This document shows, piece by piece, positions 31,936 through 39,561 of a stretch of DNA of 64,000 bases. Every line of letters starts with the position of its first letter. Positions within the stretch are counted from its first letter, which is position 1. This DNA comes from Nitrospirota bacterium (lineage in GTDB: Bacteria > Nitrospirota > UBA9217), in NCBI GenBank assembly GCA_963740085.1, contig CAVUCU010000001.1, positions 672,001 to 736,000 on the forward strand, written 5' to 3'. The notes beneath the pieces were generated by a model. The model had not been told where the DNA came from, did not search any database, and saw nothing but the letters and a program-made list of their open reading frames with translations. The translations under genes were made by a program, and so were the position numbers.

Positions 31936-32115
31936 GTGACCTTGAACATTGATTACGGCTTATGCGTTGGTTGCGGGGCTTGCGCCGAAATGTATCCGAT
32001 GCTCTTCGCGATCAGGGACGACAAGGCATGGATCATCGACTACACAACCTTCCGGTTTGAGGAGCACAAAGACCTGCCGACCATCTGCCCCTATCGGGCC
32101 ATCACCATCGAGTAA
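31936..32115 (+). CDS. Monocluster [4Fe-4S] ferredoxin (59 aa from GTG), missing from the ORF track
   Basis: VTLNIDYGLCVGCGACAEMYPMLF...TICPYRAITIE*: CxxCxxC plus distal CP. The real start may be ATG 31917 with a 1-nt insertion. Confidence 0.85.
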   Translation: MTLNIDYGLCVGCGACAEMYPMLFAIRDDKAWIIDYTTFRFEEHKDLPTICPYRAITIE

Positions 32116-32146
32116 ACGCGTGTCCCTGAGCCGGGAAGCACGGAAG

Positions 32147-32845
32147 TCACCTTCTGGACGTACTAACTTGGGACTTCCTGTCGACAAAAACCTCAATGGC
32201 TGACCTTGCCTCAGCAGGGAGCATAGAGAATCTGATGCCGTACTGACAGGTCTTCGAACCCGCAATCTGCTTGATGACCCTGACGATCTCTCCTTTCGTT
32301 TTTATCTGCGCCGAATCGGGGAGGAAGAACGAGCATGCCAGCAGGTCCCCTTTCTCGAAGACCTTATCCGTCTCGATAAGCATCCCTGTTGTGCTGATAT
32401 TTCCCGAACGGCAGAAGAATGATCTGTCCTTGTTGCTCCCGGAGACATTCACACTCACCAGAACGCGGTAGGACTCCCTCCAGGAAATATCCAGGAGCTG
32501 CCGCATTTTCTCGAGGAGTTGCGCAGGGTCCATCGGCATGGTGAGAACCACGTTCGCTTTACATTGTGCGCCTCTCTCGATGTCCGCCGCATCGTCCGAA
32601 CAAAGAATGATAATCGACACCTTATTCAACGCGCTGTCCGCCCGTATGGTAGAGCAAAGCTCTTCGCTCTTCATCCCGGGGGCATGGAGGTCTGCGATAA
32701 TAATATCGACCTTCTCCGTACGGTGAGTTGACAGCACCTCGTCGTTCGTAACCACCGTAAACACCTTGACACCCTCACGGTCAAGGAAGCTTTTTCCCTT
32801 TTCAATGAGCGTCATAACTTTATCGGTGAGCAGTATTTTTTTCAT
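32147..32845 (-). CDS. Receiver (atypical)-PilZ protein
   Basis: REC-like N-terminus; RESYR and NISTTG PilZ motifs. Confidence 0.85.
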   Translation of the reverse strand: MKKILLTDKVMTLIEKGKSFLDREGVKVFTVVTNDEVLSTHRTEKVDIIIADLHAPGMKSEELCSTIRADSALNKVSIIILCSDDAADIERGAQCKANVVLTMPMDPAQLLEKMRQLLDISWRESYRVLVSVNVSGSNKDRSFFCRSGNISTTGMLIETDKVFEKGDLLACSFFLPDSAQIKTKGEIVRVIKQIAGSKTCQYGIRFSMLPAEARSAIEVFVDRKSQVSTSRR

Positions 32846-33125
32846 GAGAACCCCTTTTAAAAGGCAGGATGACTTGCCTCACACGCTGAACGCTATAATA
32901 TCATAGATTAATTGATGACGCAAAACTATTTTATAATCAGACAGGCTTTATGAACGAATTCAACGGTGGGGATGATGCCAGGTTAGACGAGGGGCGGCGA
33001 TCTTCATCCCCTCTAAACACGGCGCATTGACTATTCGCAAGTATGGATGCTGTCCCGGGCATCAATGCTTAACGATTTTTCAACCATCTTGAACATAATA
33101 AAACCGGCAACATCGTCCCGATCAC

Positions 33126-33860
33126 TCATCGTCCCTGCTCAAGTCGCCACCCAAGCTGCGGGGGCAGTCCCGCTCGTTCAATGCTGTCCTGACACGTCTT
33201 GATATCGTACTCCACTCTGAGGGACAGCGCAGTGCGATCATCGTGATCGTAAACGAGGAAGGAGGCGCGGGGATCGCCATCACGCGGCTGTCCCACGCTG
33301 CCGGGATTGATCAGATAACGCTTTTCCGACGACAGTGACAGTTCGGACGAGAGATCACTTGAGATCCTGCCGTGGTGATCGATGAATGCCGTTGCGACGT
33401 GCGTATGTCCGAAGAAGCCGAGCATCGGGCCGCCGGGCAGTCCCGCAAGCAAATGAAAGTTGTCAACCGCATCCTCCTGCGTCAGAAGATACCGGTTGGT
33501 GTCATGGATGGACCCGTGAATGAGAAAAAAATCATGCACACTCTTTTCACGCGGCAGATTCAGAAGAAACAATCGATTCTCTTCAGTCAGGTGTTCCCGG
33601 GTCCAGTAGACCGCGAACCGTGCCAGCGCATTGAACCGGTAGGGTTCTTCCAGTCCCGACGCGCAGGCATCGTGGTTTCCAAGCACGCTCACGATCTTCG
33701 CGTTCCGAATTGTATCAACGCACTCGTTGGGGTTCGCATTGTATCCCACGATATCGCCGAGGCAGACGATCTCATCGACGGCAAGCTCTGCGATCCTGCC
33801 CAGTACGGCCTGCAGCGCTTCACTATTCGCATGAATATCGGCGATAACGGCAATTCGCAT
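33126..33860 (-). CDS. Calcineurin-like metallophosphoesterase
   Basis: ADIHAN, LGDIVGY, GNHD, HGS, GHTH, NPGSVGQPRDGDPRAS. Confidence 0.92.
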   Translation of the reverse strand: MRIAVIADIHANSEALQAVLGRIAELAVDEIVCLGDIVGYNANPNECVDTIRNAKIVSVLGNHDACASGLEEPYRFNALARFAVYWTREHLTEENRLFLLNLPREKSVHDFFLIHGSIHDTNRYLLTQEDAVDNFHLLAGLPGGPMLGFFGHTHVATAFIDHHGRISSDLSSELSLSSEKRYLINPGSVGQPRDGDPRASFLVYDHDDRTALSLRVEYDIKTCQDSIERAGLPPQLGWRLEQGR

Positions 33861-33952
33861 GGTGAGCCTTTTCAAAAGCAATTCGTCAACGACCATGTAT
33901 TCTACCGCAGAAACCGATTCTGCGGAGAAGATGGAGGTTGCCAAAACAAGGG

Positions 33953-34504
33953 TCAATCATAAGAGATCAGCATCGCTTCCTTGATCTGCTGCGCCTTCTC
34001 CCTGCTCACCAGCCGTTCGACGATGGAGAGGCCGAAGCTGAGCGCCGTGCCCGCTCCCCTGCTGGTCAGCACGGTCCCGTCCGTTACAACGGACTTTTCT
34101 TCATAAACCGCTCCGCCAAGCCTGTCCTTGTAGGAAGGGTACGCGGTTGCGCGCTTTCCCTGCAGCACGCCCGCACCCGCGAGCACAATGGGCGCGGCGC
34201 AGATGGCACCGGTCAGTTTCCCTCTTTGTGAGAAGCTTATGAGCAACTCCTTCACGCGCGGGTCCGCGTTCAGGTTGTCAGAACCCGGCTGGCCGCCCGG
34301 CAGCACGATCATGTCGAATTCATCCGCCTTCACCGTGTCGATCACCGTATCGGGAATGACCTTCACCTTCCGGGCGCTCGTCATGTGTCCCCCGTGCAGA
34401 CCCGCGACCACCGTGTCGATCCCGGCACGCCTGAGAACATCGATAATGGCCACGGCCTCAACTTCCTCAAAACCGTCCGCAAGTATGACCGCTACTCTCG
34501 GCAT
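33953..34504 (-). CDS. DJ-1/ThiJ/YajL-family protein
   Basis: GFEEVEA, LPGGQPG, AICAAP, TSRGAGTA. Confidence 0.93.
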   Translation of the reverse strand: MPRVAVILADGFEEVEAVAIIDVLRRAGIDTVVAGLHGGHMTSARKVKVIPDTVIDTVKADEFDMIVLPGGQPGSDNLNADPRVKELLISFSQRGKLTGAICAAPIVLAGAGVLQGKRATAYPSYKDRLGGAVYEEKSVVTDGTVLTSRGAGTALSFGLSIVERLVSREKAQQIKEAMLISYD

Positions 34505-34625
34505 ATGCACCTCCTTATATGCTTTGCTCCTTGAAACATATGGTCAAATGAGGCTATAGTATATCGCGTTTCCCCCCGTTCATCAACTCCATAACCGCAT
34601 TGCTTTATCGCTGCCGATGATTAAC

Positions 34626-34662
34626 AAAAAAGGACGGAGGAAACTTTCGTATCCCTCCGTCC
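34626..34662 (-). terminator. Rho-independent terminator of the Spy/CpxP-like gene
   Basis: Minus strand GGACGGAGG-loop-CCTCCGTCC-TTTTTT. Confidence 0.75.
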
Positions 34663-34690
34663 GGAACGTGTACCAAATATCGCAGACCGC

Positions 34691-35146
34691 TTAGTAGCTT
34701 GCGCCCTTCTCCTGCTTCATTCCGTCGTGTCGTTTATCCATCATATGTTTCTCTATCATCACCACCAGCTTCTCTCTCTGCTCCGGTGTGAGCATATCAT
34801 GGATCTCCGTAAATTTGGCGAAGACGAATCGCATGATGTCGTTCATTTGGGTCTGGTTCTTGACTTCCAGCGCATCCAGCCGCGTTTTGTCGATTTCCGC
34901 GCTTCTCATCAGGTCATTCGCTTCTTTCACGGTCTCTTCCCGCATTTTGATCATGCCCGGCCGCATAGCCAGGAATTCGTCCTTGATCTTCTCAAACTGC
35001 GCCGTTTGGCTGTCGTTCAACTTTAGCTCAGCCGCCAGGTGCTTCACCATGTACTCGGCCCGCTGCTCCGGGGTCCGGTAACAGCCGCTCAAAATCAGCG
35101 CAATTATGGCTGTCAACACAATAATTATGATTTTATTTCTCTTCAT
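34691..35146 (-). CDS. Spy/CpxP-family (LTxxQ) periplasmic lipoprotein
   Basis: Lipobox LSGC; LKLNDSQ and LTPEQR motifs; helical. Confidence 0.8.
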   Translation of the reverse strand: MKRNKIIIIVLTAIIALILSGCYRTPEQRAEYMVKHLAAELKLNDSQTAQFEKIKDEFLAMRPGMIKMREETVKEANDLMRSAEIDKTRLDALEVKNQTQMNDIMRFVFAKFTEIHDMLTPEQREKLVVMIEKHMMDKRHDGMKQEKGASY

Positions 35147-35381
35147 CCTCGTATCCTCCTTTATCCTTAGACAGGACATATCCAATCCTTTATCGTCTTG
35201 ATAATATTATAGCACATTGCCGAAAGGTAAGGTCACTTCGAGGTACGCCACGGATTTTTTTCAGGCCAGTGGAGTACGAATAAAGGACTATAAATAGTCG
35301 TCGAAAGGTGCACCTGAGACACGGAACCTTCCCTCAGCACAATTTCGGAAGACGGCGGCTTGACAAGACGGCGGCTCGCAC

Positions 35382-35410
35382 TTGCTTTAGCTGTCTTCTG
35401 CGGTTACAAT
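35382..35410 (+). promoter_or_regulatory. Sigma70 promoter upstream of small ORF 35485
   Basis: TTGCTT-N17-TACAAT, preceded by direct repeat AAGACGGCGGCT x2 (35349-35376). Confidence 0.5.
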
Positions 35411-35484
35411 AGGCAAGCTAATCGGATCTGCTTACATGAGTTGAGAACAACTCACCGGACGGCAATGACGAACGAGACAAGAGT

Positions 35485-35664
35485 ATGACCGATACATCAG
35501 AAGAGATCAGGCTCCGCTATCTCTACCGGAAGCTGATCCTCGATGGGAAGGCAGCGCTTTCCTTAGAGTCCGCGAAGAAGATTATCGGCCCGGACTGCGC
35601 CTATCACCTCTACTCGGTTCCGGACTTGAAGAGGAAAACAAAAAAACGAAAATACTTGCGGTAA
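35485..35664 (+). CDS. Small basic hypothetical protein (59 aa), missing from the ORF track
   Basis: MTDTSEEIRLRYLYRKLILDGKAALSLESAKKIIGPDCAYHLYSVPDLKRKTKKRKYLR*; fills the gap and has an upstream promoter. Confidence 0.55.
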   Translation: MTDTSEEIRLRYLYRKLILDGKAALSLESAKKIIGPDCAYHLYSVPDLKRKTKKRKYLR

Positions 35665-35724
35665 CGTATATTGAAACCCCGAAAGGCGGGAAGATGCTGA
35701 AGAGGCATTCGCCGGGCTATCTGT

Positions 35725-36105
35725 TCAGACGAGGTATTTCAGGATTTCTTCACGGAATTCGAGAATATTGAGCGGCTTCGTAAGGTACCCGTTTGCGCCG
35801 AGTGCCAGGCCCCGATCGCGTTCAAGGCTCTCACCCTTCGAGGTGATGACAATGATCGGCGTGTCCTTTTTGAACACCTGGCGAACAGCCCGTATCACCC
35901 CGGCCCCGTCCAGTTCCGGCATGTTCATATCGGTCAGGATAAGGTCGACGTCATGGTGATTCAGCTTCTCGATCGCATCTAAGCCGTTCACCGCATCCAT
36001 GATCTGCACCCCGGGCAGCAACTTGATCAGATGAAAGATGATGAACATCCGCATTGTCTGTGAATCGTCAACAACAAGGATCCTCTTGTTCAGAAAAGAT
36101 TGCAT
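35725..36105 (-). CDS. Single-domain CheY-like response regulator
   Basis: ILVVDDSQTMR, LILTDMNMP, ITS, YLTKP. Confidence 0.92.
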   Translation of the reverse strand: MQSFLNKRILVVDDSQTMRMFIIFHLIKLLPGVQIMDAVNGLDAIEKLNHHDVDLILTDMNMPELDGAGVIRAVRQVFKKDTPIIVITSKGESLERDRGLALGANGYLTKPLNILEFREEILKYLV

Positions 36106-36277
36106 GAGGTTCCCGACCTTTCATCTTGCAGTAATAAAACCATTTAACAACAGTTTTGTCACCTGCACTTTTTCACCTTGAATAATGGCGCTGGATGGGG
36201 CCTTATTGCAATAAATCATGTCCTTCTTTCGTTCGTTATCGCGCCGACCTCTCCGCAAGGGCTGCAGCAGAGGCTGT

Positions 36278-37102
36278 TCAGGCCGATCCGGAGCGATCGT
36301 CGTCGAACCCTTCCTGCTTTCTCTGGGACTCGTTCGATATTTTTTGAAGGGACTCCTCGACGAATTCCCTGATCAGGGTCCGCGGCTTATCTGAGAGTCC
36401 ACTGAACAGCAGCCCGATTCCTGCGTTCGGCACGGAATATCGCACCACAGCCTGAGCAACCACCACGCCGTTCCCGATCGGGAATGACAGCAGAATGCCT
36501 GCCCCTTCGGGAAAGGCCTGCGTGGTCAGAAGAAACATGCCGCTTTCGCTGATATCAACGCTTTTTGCGGAGGTCGTATCATTGATCATCACTCTGGCGG
36601 AAAAGGATACGCGCGGAAAGAGCCGAAACGAGTCAAGGTCCGTAATGTCTGCACCCAGGTCCTTTACGCGAAGAGCGAGCTTCGCCAGATGGTCGCGAAA
36701 ACCCCGACTCAGGATCTCGAGCAGCTGCCTCATCTCTTTATTGGAGTCCCTCAGCGCTGCGACGACATACTGTTCAACCAGGCTGGATTCGATCAGATAG
36801 CATTGGACGAGGATCTCGTTGATCTTGTCACGAGGCATGGCAAGAATCATCTTCATCAGGTACAATACCTTGTTAAAATCGGTGAAGTTGAGATGTACTT
36901 CTCCAAAGTCGCCCGGTTTGGCCCTTACGGCCCTCTTTTGCAGTTGCGCCAGGCTCGCATGATCCAACTCTTCAAGGTGCAGCTGATAAAAAAAACTCTC
37001 GAGATCCTTGTCATCACTGAACTTCGCCCGCAATTTCGTGTACATATCTCCAAGATCCACTTCCATCTGTTCGATCAGTTCCAGGGCTTTGAAAGCCTTC
37101 AT
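36278..37102 (-). CDS. Ferritin/rubrerythrin-like domain fused to PilZ
   Basis: E..(Y)..EELDH...E...RDH four-helix pattern; RLFPR and DISESG PilZ motifs. Confidence 0.75.
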   Translation of the reverse strand: MKAFKALELIEQMEVDLGDMYTKLRAKFSDDKDLESFFYQLHLEELDHASLAQLQKRAVRAKPGDFGEVHLNFTDFNKVLYLMKMILAMPRDKINEILVQCYLIESSLVEQYVVAALRDSNKEMRQLLEILSRGFRDHLAKLALRVKDLGADITDLDSFRLFPRVSFSARVMINDTTSAKSVDISESGMFLLTTQAFPEGAGILLSFPIGNGVVVAQAVVRYSVPNAGIGLLFSGLSDKPRTLIREFVEESLQKISNESQRKQEGFDDDRSGSA

Positions 37103-37482
37103 GATAATTCCTCCGCGATGAGGTGAAGGACGCTGGCTCCCGCGCGAGCCGACGGGTGAGCGCCCTGCAATTCACCGCGTACAGTGTAGCCAAATAACGA
37201 TGCGCTGTCAACAAATCCATGAACATTCAAGTCGTAATACAATGCGACCGGAATTTGACCGCGGTCTTTAAAGCGACTGTCAGGCCGACCATTTTTTTTA
37301 TCTACTTTGCAGCGCCTTATGCACGAATATATCCTTGATGTTCTGAGTTGTCGATATTATTGATGGGGTATTTTACGGGTATTTACTGAAGAATACAGCT
37401 CGAAACTTTATGTGTTGCGAAGAACGGAAATATCTGGGGTTGGGTCCTTATGTTTCAAGACCTGTCCCAAATGTGCTCCATC

Positions 37483-37947
37483 TTATCCGACCATATCCGG
37501 CACAAGCATCCACTCCAGTGCCCATCTCCCGTCATCGAAACGCTTTAAACAAACGATCCCCCCCATCTTGAAATCGACAGGCGTCTTCTCTTTGTCCCCG
37601 CAGAGAAGCAGGCCCGCGAGCTTTGCCATATACGGGAGATGTCCGACAAGCATTAAATCCTCATTCATTCCGGCGACGCGTCCAGCCCAAACATCGGGAT
37701 CGTCCATGGGCGCGAGGGACTCTGTTGGGGACGGCCCCTTCCCCGGTTTGAGGTAATCGGCCAGGATCTGCGCGGTCTGCAGGGCGCGGGCCTTTCCGCT
37801 GTGATGAATGATACTTACCTTGAGACCGCGTGCCTGCGCATAGATCGCGGTCCTGGCAACGTCCTTGGACCCTTTGTCCGTGAGCCCTCTCTGCGGATCA
37901 TCCTCTTCCTTCTTCGCCTCGCCGTGCTGTACAAGATAAAGAAACAT
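37483..37947 (-). CDS. sixA: Phosphohistidine phosphatase SixA
   Basis: LYLVQHGEA, R.LT..G, S.K.RA.QTA, LVGHLP. Confidence 0.9.
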   Translation of the reverse strand: MFLYLVQHGEAKKEEDDPQRGLTDKGSKDVARTAIYAQARGLKVSIIHHSGKARALQTAQILADYLKPGKGPSPTESLAPMDDPDVWAGRVAGMNEDLMLVGHLPYMAKLAGLLLCGDKEKTPVDFKMGGIVCLKRFDDGRWALEWMLVPDMVG

Positions 37948-38072
37948 GGAGGCACCCCTTTCGTTTTAGCCGGACAGACAGAAAATGAAATTTCGGATTC
38001 CCGTTTTCACGAGAATGACGAAAGCAAACATAACATAGTATAATTATATCTGAATGCGAGGGTGATGTTTGC

Positions 38073-38816
38073 ATGAAATGGCCGGAAGCGATCTCGATCG
38101 AACAGGCGCGGGAACTTCAGAAAGATCTGAGGAAGAGGGTGCGGGTCATTCCCCATACGCGGGAACCGCGCTATGTGGCAGGAGTTGACGCTGCCTTCTC
38201 GGAAGACCTGGTATATGCAGCGGCATGTCTCTACCGTTATCCCGAACTCACCCTGGTGGAAAAGACGTGTCCCTTGGTAAAGCTGAGATTCCCCTACGTC
38301 CCTGGTTTTCTCTCCTTCCGGGAAGGCCCTGCCATCATCGCGGCGATCAAGAAACTCCCAACAAAGCCCGATATCATTCTCGTCGACGGGCAAGGCATTG
38401 CTCACCCGCGGGGGATCGGGATCGCTTCACATCTCGGCGTACTGCTTGATATCTCCACGATCGGCTGCGCAAAAAAAAGGCTTGTCGGAGAATTCCAGGA
38501 ACCGGGCGGACGAAAAGGCAACTGGTCCGGGCTCACGCACGAGGGCAGGATCGTCGGCGCGGTATTGCGGACAAAGGACAGCGTAAGGCCGCTGTTCGTG
38601 TCTCCGGGTCATGAAATAGACCTCAACGACGCGGTCCGGATCACGCTCGATTGTATTGGCAAATACCGGATACCGGAGCCGCTCAGGTGCGCGGACATGC
38701 TGTCGAAAAAATCCAAATCAGACTCTCCCGTAAAAACGTCGTCTCCCCAACACGTCTTTGGAATGGAAAAAATTGCCGATGTTTATCAATTTTCGGATAA
38801 TTCTCCCCCCATTTGA
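38073..38816 (+). CDS. nfi: Endonuclease V
   Basis: VAGVD, FPYVPGFLSFRE, VDGQGIAHPRGIGIASHLG, IGCAK, PLFVSPGH, RIPEPLR. Confidence 0.95.
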   Translation: MKWPEAISIEQARELQKDLRKRVRVIPHTREPRYVAGVDAAFSEDLVYAAACLYRYPELTLVEKTCPLVKLRFPYVPGFLSFREGPAIIAAIKKLPTKPDIILVDGQGIAHPRGIGIASHLGVLLDISTIGCAKKRLVGEFQEPGGRKGNWSGLTHEGRIVGAVLRTKDSVRPLFVSPGHEIDLNDAVRITLDCIGKYRIPEPLRCADMLSKKSKSDSPVKTSSPQHVFGMEKIADVYQFSDNSPPI

Positions 38817-38850
38817 TGGACACCCAAAGCGACGACATCCAAAAAAAGAA

Positions 38851-38878
38851 TGCAACCTTTTCCCGTCTTACTCGTCTA
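38851..38878 (+). promoter_or_regulatory. ECF-sigma-type promoter
   Basis: TGCAAC-N16-CGTCTA upstream of the exported protein at 38954. Confidence 0.55.
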
Positions 38879-38953
38879 ATAGTAGTATGATATAATTAAC
38901 AGTCAGATTCATTCTGGCAAAGACCGTTAATACGGTGAGAAAAAGGAGGTTGT

Positions 38954-39448
38954 ATGATGAAGAAATCAATTTTGAGCGCTCTCGGAGGAGGGGCACTGTT
39001 TCTCGTGTTCGGTCTTTTTAATCCGGGAACAAGTACTGCCGGGGTAAATGTCGACATCCACATCCCTTTGCCCGGTCTGGTCATTCCGGCACCGCCGGCC
39101 CTGGTCGTGATACCCGGCACCTATGTGTATTATCCGCCTGACGTCGACGTGGATGTTTTCTTCTATCACGGGTACTGGTATCGCCCGTATCGGGGAGGGT
39201 GGTATATCGCTAACGGTTATAACGGCCCATGGCGCGGTATTGGACCCAGACGTGTGCCTCGTGCCTTGATTGGCTTGCCGCCCACATTCCGTCGCATTCC
39301 CCCCGGGCATGAGCGTATGCCTCACGACATGGTCCAGAGAAACTGGCGGACTTGGGAGAAGGAACGCCATTGGGACAAGCACAGAGGCGAGAATCGCGGG
39401 CAGGGACATGGAAGAGGTCACGGCAGGGGAAGAAACGAAGGCGATTAG
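38954..39448 (+). CDS. Exported Pro/Trp/Arg-rich hypothetical protein
   Basis: Signal peptide; GVNVDIHIP, PPALVVIPG, FFYHGYWY, YNGPW; GHGRG tail; AGGAGG RBS. Confidence 0.8.
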   Translation: MMKKSILSALGGGALFLVFGLFNPGTSTAGVNVDIHIPLPGLVIPAPPALVVIPGTYVYYPPDVDVDVFFYHGYWYRPYRGGWYIANGYNGPWRGIGPRRVPRALIGLPPTFRRIPPGHERMPHDMVQRNWRTWEKERHWDKHRGENRGQGHGRGHGRGRNEGD

Positions 39449-39462
39449 CCAATGCTAAATAT

Positions 39463-39498
39463 AAAAGCCCTTCGCCGTGTCACAGGCAAAGGGCTTTT
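39463..39498. terminator. Bidirectional terminator
   Basis: AAAAGCCCTT...AAGGGCTTTT between convergent genes. Confidence 0.7.
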
Positions 39499-39516
39499 CT
39501 TATGAGCAGGAGAGGT

Positions 39517-39552
39517 CCCCCCTCACCCGACCCTATCCCCAAAGGGTGAGGG
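39517..39552. repeat. REP/BoxC-like palindrome
   Basis: CCCCTCACCCGACCCTATCCCCAAAGGGTGAGGG, matching the widespread CCCTCACCC..CCCTCTCCC..GGGAGAGGG pattern. Confidence 0.6.
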
Positions 39553-39561
39553 ATTTATACT

